Origin: Owenia fusiformis
Lineage: Eukaryota
Length of the DNA: 64,000 nucleotides
Assembly (NCBI GenBank): GCA_903813345.2
Contig: CAIIXF020000001.1
Location: forward strand, 33,418,001-33,482,000
Direction: 5' to 3'
Made by a program: the position numbers and the translations under genes. Below are positions 1-11,801 of this stretch, piece by piece. Numbering within the stretch: position 1 is the stretch's first letter; the number at the start of each line of letters is the position of its first letter. The notes beneath the pieces are model-generated. The model worked only from the letters and a program-made list of their open reading frames with translations, was not told the origin of the DNA and searched no databases.

Positions 1-321
1 GTGCTTCTTTAATATCTACATTTCTAGCTTTATTAATGTCCTATATATATTTTTTTATTGCAGTTTTACATATTGCACCTAAATAACTGTAAAATCGGCG
101 CTAAAATGGCCGCTTTTTTTAAATGAGTGGCCATTTTGAAAATCGGCTTTCGAGCAGAACTTTTACCTCCATAGGGTATATGTGTACAAAATATGAACAA
201 AATTGGGCCTATGGTATTTGAGTTATTGCCCGAACGGACGTACGTACAGACGGACGGACAGATGGACGGACGGACGGAGGCCCGTTCCCTATATCCCTCC
301 GAACTTCGTTCAATGGGATAA
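1..321 (-). mobile_element. HINE family A, 5' part, running off the window start
   Basis: Reverse complement of the family-A head: ATCCCATTGAAC-GAA-GTTCGGAGGGAT hairpin, (CCGT)n microsatellite and AAAATGGC..GCCATTTT units, as at 28306 and 34717. Confidence 0.85.
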
Positions 322-1655
322 CTATTTAAAATTAATTTAAATTGTTAGGACATGATACTAAGCTTATAAAGTAAAAATTTGATTAGTTGCACCAATCATT
401 GTGATTTTAGAGCCCATTGTTATCTCATTTTACAGTTTTAATTGTATAATTTTTTTTGCTGTCAACGTATTTATAATAGTCTACACTTATTTAATGCCTG
501 TTTATAATGATACCGAACATTACTGTAATATTGAAATCATATAAGTAATAAAGATCCCCAAGTGGAGGTCAATGTCCCCTCCCCCATTTGTGACATGGCG
601 TTATACGAATTAGGTTGAAGACATCAGGATGAAACCTGTTTTCATGATTTATACACCTCAATGATGTAATTTAATCGTAACAATGTACTAGCTTTTCTTC
701 TAAGAACTATCCGGAAAAATATTTAATATTTGTAAAATAGACCCCTGCTGAAATCGTTCATAAATGAAGTTCTGTAACTTTTTATGGTGCTCAAAAATTC
801 ATAAATAGTCAATGCTATAATCCTAACTAAAAAAGCAAATTAAAAACATTAGGCTGTAACAATAAGCTTTAGAAAAAGTATCCAGTGTTTGATGAGTTAT
901 ACCCCCCACTGTGAACATGGATTCCATTTTGATCTAATTTTTCAGTTGAAATTTTACATTATGTTCTTGATATATAATAATTCATGTTTTTGTACTTATT
1001 TATTATCTATTAACAAGAAATCTTTTAAAACGATTATTTCTTAAAAAATGGACCCCTGCTTAAATCTCAAATGAATGATAAACGGTAATGTTGTGTGATC
1101 CTCAACAAGCAATACCATATTCAGTGATATTAGATATATCAATATAATCTATAAAAATGATTGGAACTTGAACAGGAGGTAATTTCCAAATATTCGTCAA
1201 TTCCTTTATCACTACTATGTACAGGGAATATCTATACTCAGCATTTAGGAGTATGTGATAAGTGCTTTGGAGTTGTAAAGATTTGGCTGAGTCAGATTGG
1301 CCTCTTGCTTCAAGATATTGATTTATAAGCAATCACAACATGATAACAATAACAGGACAATAATTGAAAAATATTTGTGCAAGGTATTAGTGAAGTACAT
1401 GTCATAAGAGTTAAAGTCATATGTACCATTATACAGGCTTATTATGATGGATGTTGGCATAACATGTAGGTTCTCAGTTTGATTTACTGCTAATTGTTGG
1501 ATAGTTGATATAATAAACAATTGCCAGTAAGGTGAACATTGTCAAGACGGATATACTTCAAGCAGAATGGAATAGGAAATTAATATTAGGAGTTGAGCAC
1601 TAGATATTTGGTTTGTATTATAACTTTTTCCAGTAGAAAGTATTCTGGGCTACTA

Positions 1656-2039
1656 TAGTCAAAACAGTAATGTTTGTGAGTACTTTAAAAAATAAGCAAT
1701 CAAATAACCAAATTCAAACAATTTATGTAAAAATAGAAACATATATATTTATCCTAACTTTTGTTTATTTTAGTTTGTTTTCTAGTTTAGCTATCATATC
1801 TGTGTCCTCTTATATTTTAATAATTCTCTGCCATGTTATTTTCGGAAAAATTAACATGGCTGAAACTCCCTAAATTACAAAGGCCACAGCTTTGCTGCAC
1901 ATTATACATTACTATCTGAAATATACAAAAGTTAGGATAAATATAAATGTTTCTATTTTTACATAAACTGTTTCAATATGGTCATTTGATTGCTTATTTT
2001 TTAAATTCAAAGTACTCACAAACATTACTGTTTTGACTG
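1656..2039. mobile_element. Tc1/mariner-type MITE
   Basis: ~110-bp inverted arms (TAGTCAAAACAGTAATGTTTG / CAAACATTACTGTTTTGACTG) flanked by TA. Confidence 0.8.
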
Positions 2040-2219
2040 TATTTGGGGTTTTGCAATGATTGAACACTCTTCATTTGCTGGTTGTTTTATATACTGACAC
2101 TAAGTACATGAATTAATATTAAACAGTCTCAAGATAACACATAAGTTGCATTACGTATAATCATTATATATAACATATGTAGTTATCTCATTCATTTTTG
2201 GCTCACACAGTGAGCCTAT

Positions 2220-3018
2220 CCCAAGTAAAAAAGAAATATAATATACCACTAATACATACCAATATATCACCAATACACCATGAAAAGTGATTTAGTCAAG
2301 TGGTTTATAAGTTATGTATTAACTGGCAATACTCAACTAATAAACCACTGTAAGGTTTTTTAGGTGGAGTGGTTTGTTAGTTGTGTATTAACTCGATTTT
2401 TTCTGGAATGGTCTATTAGTAGTGTATTAAACTGATCCTTGATTTAGAATGAGAAACCCATTTTAAATGGCGGAAATAGTTAAAATGTGAGTGAATTAAT
2501 TCTCCAATGAAATGTAGCATTACAACCAGAGGGGTGACTGGACTTTATTGAATCTTGCTCAGCATATTCATAAAGGTATATAGAGGATGTACATGTTGAA
2601 TCTTATTCATAATTTCTCACTGAATTTAGCACTATATAGATTTTGTACCTTATGAATGTATAGAATTCTGAGATTTCAGGAGTGATTTGTTAGTAGTCTA
2701 TTAGACTAGTAGTGGTGTATTAGTGGTGTATTAGAGTTCAGGAAGTGATGTATTAGTGGTCTATTAGTAATACTTGAGACTTCAGGAGTGATCTATTAGT
2801 AGTGTATTACATGCTCTCTGATTGGTCAATAATTTTTATCTCATTTGCATGGTAATTTTTTCAACTAATTAACCACCTGTTAAGTCAATGGCAAAAAGTG
2901 ATCTGTTAACGAAAATGACCACTAACAAATCACTAATAGATCATGTTCTACTAGTTGAGTATTAGTAGTCTATTAGTGGTTTATTAGAGTGGTATGGCAA
3001 GCTGTTTTTTCACTTGGG
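2220..3018. mobile_element. EnSpm/CMC-like non-autonomous element
   Basis: CCCAAGT..AAAAA / TTTTTTCACTTGGG ends, AT duplicated on both sides, interior made of TATTAGTGG-type short repeats; splits the HINE-D head. Confidence 0.65.
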
Positions 3019-3284
3019 ATGGGATCGACCAGGCGTCCGTCCGTTGGTCCGTCCGTCCATTGGTCCGTCCATCCGTTGGTCCGTCCGTCCGTTGGTCCGT
3101 CCATCAACATTGGCCGCACAAATTAAAACTTCTATTCGGATTGAGTCATACCCACATTCATTTTATGCATATCCATAATGCCTATTTGACCTATCATCGC
3201 CATTTCCAAAGTTCACCCGGTTTCCGAGAAATTGCTGATTTTGACGTCAAAAAGTCAAATTTTCTGTAAATACTAGACACTTTG

Positions 3285-4114
3285 TAGCCTTGCCCAAGTC
3301 GGTATTATTTTACTAATCTGATCTTGAATTATTACCGCCTTGTACAATCCAATACATCTCCGCTGATATTATGCTGAGATATTCAACGGTTTCAAGATTT
3401 CCATAATACCTACGCTATGGGGGGTATCGCGAAACCTTATTGATTGACAGATCGTGTGGACGACACGACGTGTGACTTTAGGCTGATTGACCAATCAAAA
3501 CGTTATCAGGTTGAGCTGCATAAACAAAGCAAACTTCCCGTCTACAACCTGAAATTCAATGATCTGATCGAGTGTTTCTTTAAGTTGCAATATCATTCAT
3601 GAATATATTATGTAATTAAATGCACATTGGAATGTAAGAGTCATTAATATAAATTAAAGCATGCGATTCAATGATGATTTAAAACTGATTTCGCAATGAA
3701 AATGCACAATGAAAATGTAGCGGGCCATGCAGTCGTCGATCAGTGATTCAATCAGCCTACATGTCGATCATTTGAACTCAGCGATCGTTTCAATGTTTTT
3801 TGTTGAAATCGTATCACCTCCGGTTATCCAATCGAGGCTCCAGCATCCACTAAACTCTGATTGATATTTATCTGATAAAATATTTGTATTTTCATGATGA
3901 TTTCGTGCAAGATTTGTTCGTGAAAAGTCCCGGTGAAAAGTGTACTTGTTTTTGACCCTGCATAATAATGAGCTAACGCTACAGGGCCGTCGTTGATTGG
4001 TCAAATTTTACCGACATCAACAAACTGTCGGTAAAGCACGTGGCTTTCTCTTTGGTACAAGGCGGTCATAATAGAAATCAAGATAAATAAAAGAGACCGA
4101 CTTTGGCAAGGCTA
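3285..4114. mobile_element. Academ(H)-like non-autonomous element
   Basis: TAGCCTTGCC..AAGTCGG / CCGACTTTGGCAAGGCTA TIRs of ~60 bp; 9-bp TSD GACACTTTG (3276-3284, 4115-4123). Confidence 0.7.
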
Positions 4115-4824
4115 GACACTTTGTTGAAGTACAACTTTCAAATAACTTGTAGTAGTTGCTGTATATGCAACTTATGTCCTCTGAAGATTTCAAAGCTCTT
4201 GGAATTACAGTTTTTGGTGTTTACTCTACAAAATTTGACAAAAAGTAGGACTTGGTCATTTTCAGGAAACTTTCTCATGTATAAAGTCAATGGCAGGTTT
4301 TCTGATTGACAAGTCTCTCAAAGTTTGCCATATACATACTTGATCATTTCTTGCAATGAATTACATCATTACTAGATTTAAAGGGTTTACGAAAAACACC
4401 GACCCCAATGACCACCGACCGGTCGGTGTTTTCCACTGGTAGCCTCAAAACAGGGTTTGAAGAAAATGTGTAAAAGACCGACCATATCATGTAAAAGACC
4501 GAACATATTTGTAGCCTTAAAATATTAATAATTTGATTTTGAATGTTTAACCAACCTATCATTTCTTTTTATGAAATTTAAACCTGCACATCGCTCCAAA
4601 ACGCAATCTTGGGTTGTTTCGGGCCGTGAACTTTATCATTTTGAGCTTAATGAAAGATTATAGAATGATGAACAAATTGGGCAAATCTTGTGTATAAATA
4701 CTTACGATGAATGTGTCATTTCAAAGATTGTTCATCGAATTACTTCGATTGGTGACGGGATGTAGTCCTGAGTAAGGACACTAGCGGAAACCTTTAGTGA
4801 TTTGGTTTTCTGTATAAAAAGTCA

Positions 4825-6472
4825 TTTTTATGTCACCACCAAAAGTAGTGACATATTGTTATGGTCTCCGTTTTTTTTTTATGTCACCACCAAAAGTGGT
4901 GACATATTGTTATGGTCTCCGTTTTTTTTGCGACGGCGGTTGGTGGTTGGCGTCCGGCGTCCGGCGGTTGGCGTCCGGCGTCTGTAACAATTTCTTACAA
5001 CTTCCTATAACTTAACAAATACTGTTTAGACTGACTTCAATTTTTTTCTAAATCATCTACATGTTCTCAGAAGTTCAAATCTGACTTTAGATTTGACATT
5101 TGACCTTCAAATCTGACTTTAGATTTGACATTTGACCTTCAATGACCTTCTCAAGGTCAAAAAAGGTCAAAAAGGTCTGTTTTCAACTTGCTTCAAATTG
5201 ACTAAATTTTTTTTTTCAAAATCATATACGTGTTCTCAGAAATTCAAATCTGACTTAAGATTTGACTTAAGAATTGACATTTGACCTTCAATGACCTTCT
5301 CAAGGTCAAAAAAGGTCAAAAAGGTCTGTTTTCAACTTGCTTCAAATTGACTAAAAAAAATTTCAAAATCATCTACGTGTTCTCATAAATTCAAATCTGA
5401 CTTTAGATTTGACTTGAGATTTGACATTTGACCTTCAATGACCTTCTCAAAGTCAAAAAAGGTCAAAAAGGTCTTTTTTCAACTTGCTTCAAATTGACTA
5501 AAAAAAAATTTCAAAATCATCTACATGTTCTCAGAAATTCAAATCTGACTTTAGATTTGACATTTGACCTTCAATGACCTTCTCAAGGTCAAAAAGGTCA
5601 AAAAGGTCTGTTTTCAACTTGCTTCAAATTGACTAAATTTTTTTTTCAAAATCATCTACGTGTTCTCAGAAATTCAAATCTGACTTAAGATTTGACATTT
5701 GACCTTCAATGACCTTCTCAAGGTCAAAAAAGGTCAAAAAGGTCTGTTTTCAACTTGCTTCAAATTGACTAAAAAAAAATTTCAAAATCATCTACGTGTT
5801 CTCAGAAATTCAAATCTGACTTTAGATTTGATTTAAGATTTGACATTTGACCTTCAATGACCTTCTCAAAGTCAAAAAAGGTCAAAAAGGTCTTTTTTCA
5901 ACTTGCTTCAAATTGACTAAATTTTTTTTTTAAATCATCTACATGTTCTCAGAAATTCAAATCTGACTTTAGATTTGACATTTGACCTTCAATGACCTTC
6001 TCAATGTCAAAAAAATGTATTTTTTCATCTTGCTTCAAATTGACTAAATTTTTTTTCAAAATCATCTCCATGTTCTCAGAAATTCAAATATGACTTTAGA
6101 TTTGACTTTAGATTTGACATTTGACCTTCAATGACCTTCTCAAGGTCAAAAAAGGTCAAACAGGTCTTTTTTCAACTTGCTTCAAATTGACTAATTTTTT
6201 TTTTCAAAATCATCTACATGTTCTCAGAAATTCAAATCTGACTTTAGATTTGACATTTGACCTTTAATGACCTTCTCAAGGTCAAAAAAGGTCAAAAAGG
6301 TCTGTTTTCAACTTGCTTCAAATTGACCCAATTTTTTTTCAAAATCATCTACATCTTTTCAGAAGTTCAAATTTGACTTTACAAGTTCTCAGAAATTCAA
6401 ATCTGACTTAAGTTTGAACTCATAAATTGTGAGCAACTAGGTGGTGACATTTTGTCATGTTAATGCCTTGTT
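4825..6472 (+). mobile_element. HINE family B with duplicated head and internal tandem array
   Basis: ATGTCACCACC head present twice, GGCGTCC microsatellite, ~9 monomers of ~135-147 bp (about 5050-6400), 3' GGTGGTGACAT, short hairpin and TT. Confidence 0.85.
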
Positions 6473-6968
6473 CTCCTTTCCTACCCCATTGGTGCGCCAT
6501 CTGGCGTTTGGGAAGTGAATTGGGACTAAATATTTATGAGGTAGGTCCTGATTTATCTGAAAACATGCCAAAGTTCAGTGGGAAATCTCATTTTAAGCTG
6601 GCGGCAGAGTGATTTTGACCTTGGTGATTTTACCAGAATTCTCTGAGAAATCTGACGATAGAGGGGGTAAGTGTCTTCAAGTTTATTTATCTCAAAAATT
6701 CGGTGGACAACCCATGGTAAGATTGTTATAGCAGGCTAGGCGAGTCTCTCCCGAACACTGTGGTATGTTGCACTAGGCTTGGATACTAGTCGTTAATAAG
6801 ATACAGGGTAAAATGTTATAATGGCCATCTATGGGAAACTCTACTGTGGTCTTCAACCACGACGATATGATTTTGGAAAGGTTTCTAAATTAAGAACGTG
6901 ACGTCACTTCCGAATTATAGCATTAACCCTAAGTCGCGTTTAATTACTCCGGAAATTCATAATACATC

Positions 6969-7048
6969 GGTGGCCTTGCGGTAGAATGCTCGCTCAGTAC
7001 GCAGGAGGCCCGGGTTCGAATCCTGCACAAACTTTTTTTATTTTTTTA
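6969..7048 (+). pseudogene. tRNA-like Pol III cassette (A box, B box, T-run)
   Basis: TGGCCTTGCGG (6971-6981), GGTTCGAATCC (7013-7023), then an oligo-T tract; no convincing acceptor stem. Confidence 0.6.
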
Positions 7049-8300
7049 ACTAAATGATTGTTCTTTGATATTATGCAGAAAAAACAATTTTGATTTACAT
7101 AAACTTTATATTAGACCTTGAAAATGTAAAAACAATATATGTCAACATTGCATTTTGGAGCGATGTGCAGGTTTAACAATTTCGAAACAAAAATGATTTG
7201 TTATCGTCATAGCCTACTGAATACTGAACACGATATAATGTTACATGCGTTCTCTTATCGGGATTAAAAGTGACTTACCATTTCAGTACACCATTAGAAA
7301 GCTTTTTTTGTCATATCAAATGTAGTTTTTACCAGTTGACGTTTAACAACTGAGAACTGAATCAAACATAACGTTACGACGTCAATATCGATGATGTTTG
7401 TGTGTTTTTGTTAATGCGTTTCATATGAATGAACTTAATGCAATGTTACGTGCGTTTTTTTCCAAAGTGACTTACCAGGATGAAATTGGTCTTCTAACAA
7501 CTGAAACATCACTTAAAAATATGACATTACACATCACGACGATGTAACGTTTTCATCGTGATTTGAAATGATTAATTATACGTTTTTAAATCATGACCTA
7601 GTAAAGGTACTATAGTCATTGGATTCCCAGTTTTAGTTTTACTTCTAATTTTGCATTTTTTCATCTTTATGTAAAAGACCGTCAGCCGACCACCGACCAC
7701 ATGTACCCAACTGTGGAGAGTGACTGGTCGGTGGTCGGCAGTCGGTGTTTTTCGTAAACCCAAATTTAAGCATTCCCTACATATTGCTCAATATATGTCA
7801 GCATCAAATTTTTACCGTTTTTGAGATATTTGACGTCAAAAACCAGTCAAAATAAGTTTTTTTTAAACTTGCTTCAATTTGACCAAATTTATTTGGAAAA
7901 TCATCTACAGGTTGCCAGGAGTTCAAATCTGACATTAGTTTTAGGATTTGGCATTTACTTGACCTTGAGTGACCTTCGAAAGGTCAAAAAAGTTGATTTC
8001 TCAAATTGATTTTTGGATGTAAATTTTGGTCAGCTCAATCACAAAAGACCTTACTGAGCTCTGAATAAGTAAAATTTTAAAGGTCAAAGGTCATCAAACT
8101 AGGTCACACAACTGTGCTATCTAAGTTTCTCAAAGTTCGAGACTACAAATCCAAATCAATATTTTTGTTTGAAAGTCAGGATATACATTCCTCTGAAGGT
8201 TCCAAACTGTGTGAGCACAGGACCATGGGTCCTTTATTCTGTTCAAAATCGTTTGTACATAGCCTTTGCCATAAAAATATTCATACCAAGTTGGGGTTAA

Positions 8301-8668
8301 GGTTCAGCTGGAAAGTAACATTTTGGTAAAAAATTGCTATACCCGCACATGTTATTTTCTGGTACAAAATTAAGTATGAAGGCATGTGTATATGCCCTTG
8401 CTTTTTGTACTATTAGTAAATCTGGAAACTGGTAGCTCCTGTGTTGTATGGAAACTTTGAAAGAAAATTTGGAAAAATAGAAAGTGTGAAATATCCGAAT
8501 TTCCCATTGACCTCTTACCAGATTTACTACTAAAAGAAGGCTATGTAATAATACATTCCTGAAAAAAGCAAGGAAATTAACACATGCCTTCATACTTTAT
8601 AGTGTTCCAGAAAATAACATGTGCAGGTATAGCAATTTTTTACCAAAATGTTATTTTCCAGCTGTACC
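8301..8668. mobile_element. Kolobok-like MITE
   Basis: Long inverted arms starting GGT(T/A)CAGCTGGAAA; TTAA TSD. Confidence 0.8.
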
Positions 8669-9212
8669 TTAAAGGCCAGGTCACATAAGATCTACTGGTC
8701 AAAATTTTAGGATAAACCTAGTGATAGATATGTAATATGGACTATCATACAAATCACACTGTCAGCAAAGTACTATGATGTTGCGGAAGCAGACCTCTTT
8801 CCCACTGACCAACAGGGAAAAAGAAACTGCTAAAATTCCATCTAGAGGAGATCGGCCATATCGTATTCCCAAGACATTACAACACATCAAGCGAATATCT
8901 TTTTTAGAAGATGCAGATGACCAAGTTTTGTAAGTTGAGTTTATTTATAAATCAATCCTTTAATCAATTCATCAGCTTTTGGACACCTCAAATTTTTCCA
9001 TCAATTGGGGGAACAAGATAATTTGAAGCAAATGTGTGGCATATACGCAATTGGTGTAAAAGTTTTTTTCGACTCTTCCTGAAATATTTTTGCTTGACAA
9101 TAATCAGATATGTGACGCCTATTTGCATGACATATTCACGCAAAAAACAGGCATGACTTCAATTTATTCAGCAAATGCATTGTGTTATATATGCATTTTA
9201 TTATCACATCAT

Positions 9213-9533
9213 CAGGCCTGTCAACTTGGGAACACCTAACATGAGTGACTTGGAAATGTTGAACACCTCCCCTCAAAATGTGGACACCTTGGTCCAAATC
9301 TGAACACCTTGATCCAAATTTTGAACACCTTGGTTCAAATTTTATAACATCTTGCCAAATTTTGAACACCTCAAATTTTTCGCGCTCGCGTTTCAAACAT
9401 CCATCGACGGGGGGGGGGGGGGGGGGGGGGGGGAGGTACGGAAAATTTCGAACGCAAAAATAACTGGCGTGACTTCAAATTCTTCAGCAAATGCGTGACA
9501 AATACGCAAATTGCGGGACACTTGACAGGCCTG
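9213..9533. mobile_element. hAT-like MITE (CAGGCCTGTCAA family), 6-bp TSD
   Basis: CAGGCCTGTCAA / TTGACAGGCCTG; TSD CATCAT; subterminal GAACACCT and GCGTGAC repeats. Confidence 0.8.
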
Positions 9534-11801
9534 CATCATGTATACCATGTATACATGTATACATGAGTGGATTTATCCAGATGTAATGACACAGTATTTT
9601 ATCAAGTAATGAGAGGCTGACATGTGGTGATTACATGGTGAATACATTAGTAAATTGGCAACCTTAAAATCAACCGGAAGAGCTTATGTAAGTTTAACTA
9701 AGATAAAAATATTTATAGGAGAGTTTTAAATTCATGGCCTCTTTGACTGAGAGAAAGGCGTACCGGCCCTGTAGATATCTCACTGTACCACAGCCAATAA
9801 TTCTATGTAAAGGGATTTATTTAAAGGGTTACAAGTCCACTGCTGTTTCTGATGATGAAGTCTTGTAAGTATTTGAAGCATTAAATTGTCTTATATAACT
9901 TTTTGATAGCACATGTTACTGATTTTGAAGTATCGGTAACTGTAACATTTAAACAACAAAATAATATGCTCAATACTCTTTATTTATGTATCTAGTTTCA
10001 AAACCAAGATTCTAAGTCTATTTTCCTTCAATGAATTGACGTCATTCCTCTATCATTCAATGTAGTAAGATCAGATAGCTCAGATGTTTAGTCATAACAA
10101 GTCATGTATGTACAGGTGCTGCAATTGCTAAACATATTTGGGATAAAGAAATTTAAGATGAAGTTGGACATTTTTTTGAAAAGCAAATGTTGTAGTCTTC
10201 TAGTATAGTGTCGGTGTGCCAAGTAATAATATTTTTCAAATATGATTTTATTTCAATTCATGATATTACAGATACAGTAGTCACAAGCACTTATAGTCCT
10301 ATCATGTTCCATGCATTTTTTTATGTCCCCACCGGCTTTGTATAAAAAACCTCCTACCCACGTACCCTCGTACCCACGTACGTGGGTCCTGACTCAGTCT
10401 TTAAAGAGTTAAATTTTTAAATGTTTAAAACATTATTCAATCTCAGTTTATCCTGAATTATAGATGAATTTATGCATCCATATGCCTTTATTTATAGGTC
10501 TGACATCTCTCTAGTAAAATAAAATAAAGCCGGAATTGCATAAATGTTCATTATTTTTGAGCTATTTGATTTATGTTTTTGATATGTCGAAATGTTTTTT
10601 GTTGATCCAACCAATTAAATTCACCACATTTTATTAGATGTTTATTTCAAATGTTATTAGAATTCATTCTTACGAATATTATACGTTATTAACGTATGTT
10701 AGTCAAAGATTTGCTGTTGTTGTTGTCCATTGTATTCACGTTTTACGCGCAAAAAGCTAAAAACCAGTTTTACATCAAATCATTGTCAAAATAAAACTCT
10801 TCTCTTCATATTACCTAATTATGGATCAAACGGCCATGAATAATGTCGAAGTTTACAAAACCAAACTTACACTCCCCTGCATAAGTTTGGCAACTCTAAC
10901 TTTTCATCTAAATGATTCACTGAACTAGTGCGCACAATTATCCTTAAATTGTGCCAAAAAGCGATTAAAAACAAATATAGCGAATCCTTCTACTTTTCAA
11001 ATATTTCGTTATTCAATTGCGCCACGGTTAAACAGAAATCACCCCGGGTGATCAATATCCTGTGTTCCGAATTTCGTTCCAGCAAGTCAGTGACCCGAGT
11101 TGTGTTTTACTGAATCCCGACAAATATGGCGGCTAATTTGACAACAGACGATGTTGATGTCGACAAGTATTCAAAACTTTCTGACAGCATAAGGTAAGAC
11201 TGAATATAGAGTGGCGCATTCGGTGCCTAAATATGTTTGCAACATTTTCTTAGTTGTTTATCCATATGCGTTGGGCATTACTGCTAATCGAAGCATAAGT
11301 AAACGTGACCTCATTTTCAACGCTCGCTGGAAAGTATGTCACCGAGTAGTTTTTGACCTTCTGTTAGTTAATGAGATAAACTGTTATCATGGTATAATTG
11401 CTGGGTAGACGTTCAAAGTATGTACCAACTCGTGCTTCCAGTGAATGTAAACCATTTCTTTGCATAAGCGTCCTAGAAGGCATAATAAGATATATTCCAT
11501 AATACCGAATAGGAATCGCCAGTGTATCGACGCACTTCATGGATAAATGCTTATAGACTATTGAATCATAATGAACAGAAGCAGTGTATACTCACGTGTG
11601 ATATCTTAATTTATCAAAAATAAGAATTGAATGCATTTGATAATATTGAAAATTAGATCTAGACTGCCGAAAGATCTGCCAGATTACGCATGTGGTGTCA
11701 AGGTCGGTGTCACTACAGTAAACAATGAGTATTCTACTAGTATGAGTCTCAGTGTTGTCAGTTGTCACCACCAAAAATATTGTTTTGTTCTGAACCTAAG
11801 G

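Larger units (their letters stand above)
4582..7172. mobile_element. TTAA-flanked TIR element (Kolobok- or piggyBac-like)
   Basis: ACCTGCACATCGCTCCAAAA / TTTTGGAGCGATGTGCAGGT with TTAA on both sides. Confidence 0.75.
4383..7761. mobile_element. MULE-like non-autonomous element
   Basis: TIR GGGTTTACGAAAAACACCGAC at both ends; imperfect 9-bp flanks AGATTTAAA / AAATTTAAG; a second copy of the right part lies at ~18394-18826. Confidence 0.7.
2195..8238 (+). mobile_element. HINE family D host element, expanded by nested insertions
   Basis: 5' T-run plus GGCTCACACAGTGAGCC hairpin; (GTCC)n-type microsatellite at 3035-3105; 3' subterminal repeat CTGTGTGAGC followed by palindrome AGGACCATGGGTCCT and TT at ~8207-8238. 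Confidence 0.7.

Noticed and set aside
6969..7030. Functional tRNA gene
   Set aside because: The A and B boxes are present, but acceptor and anticodon stems do not pair convincingly.
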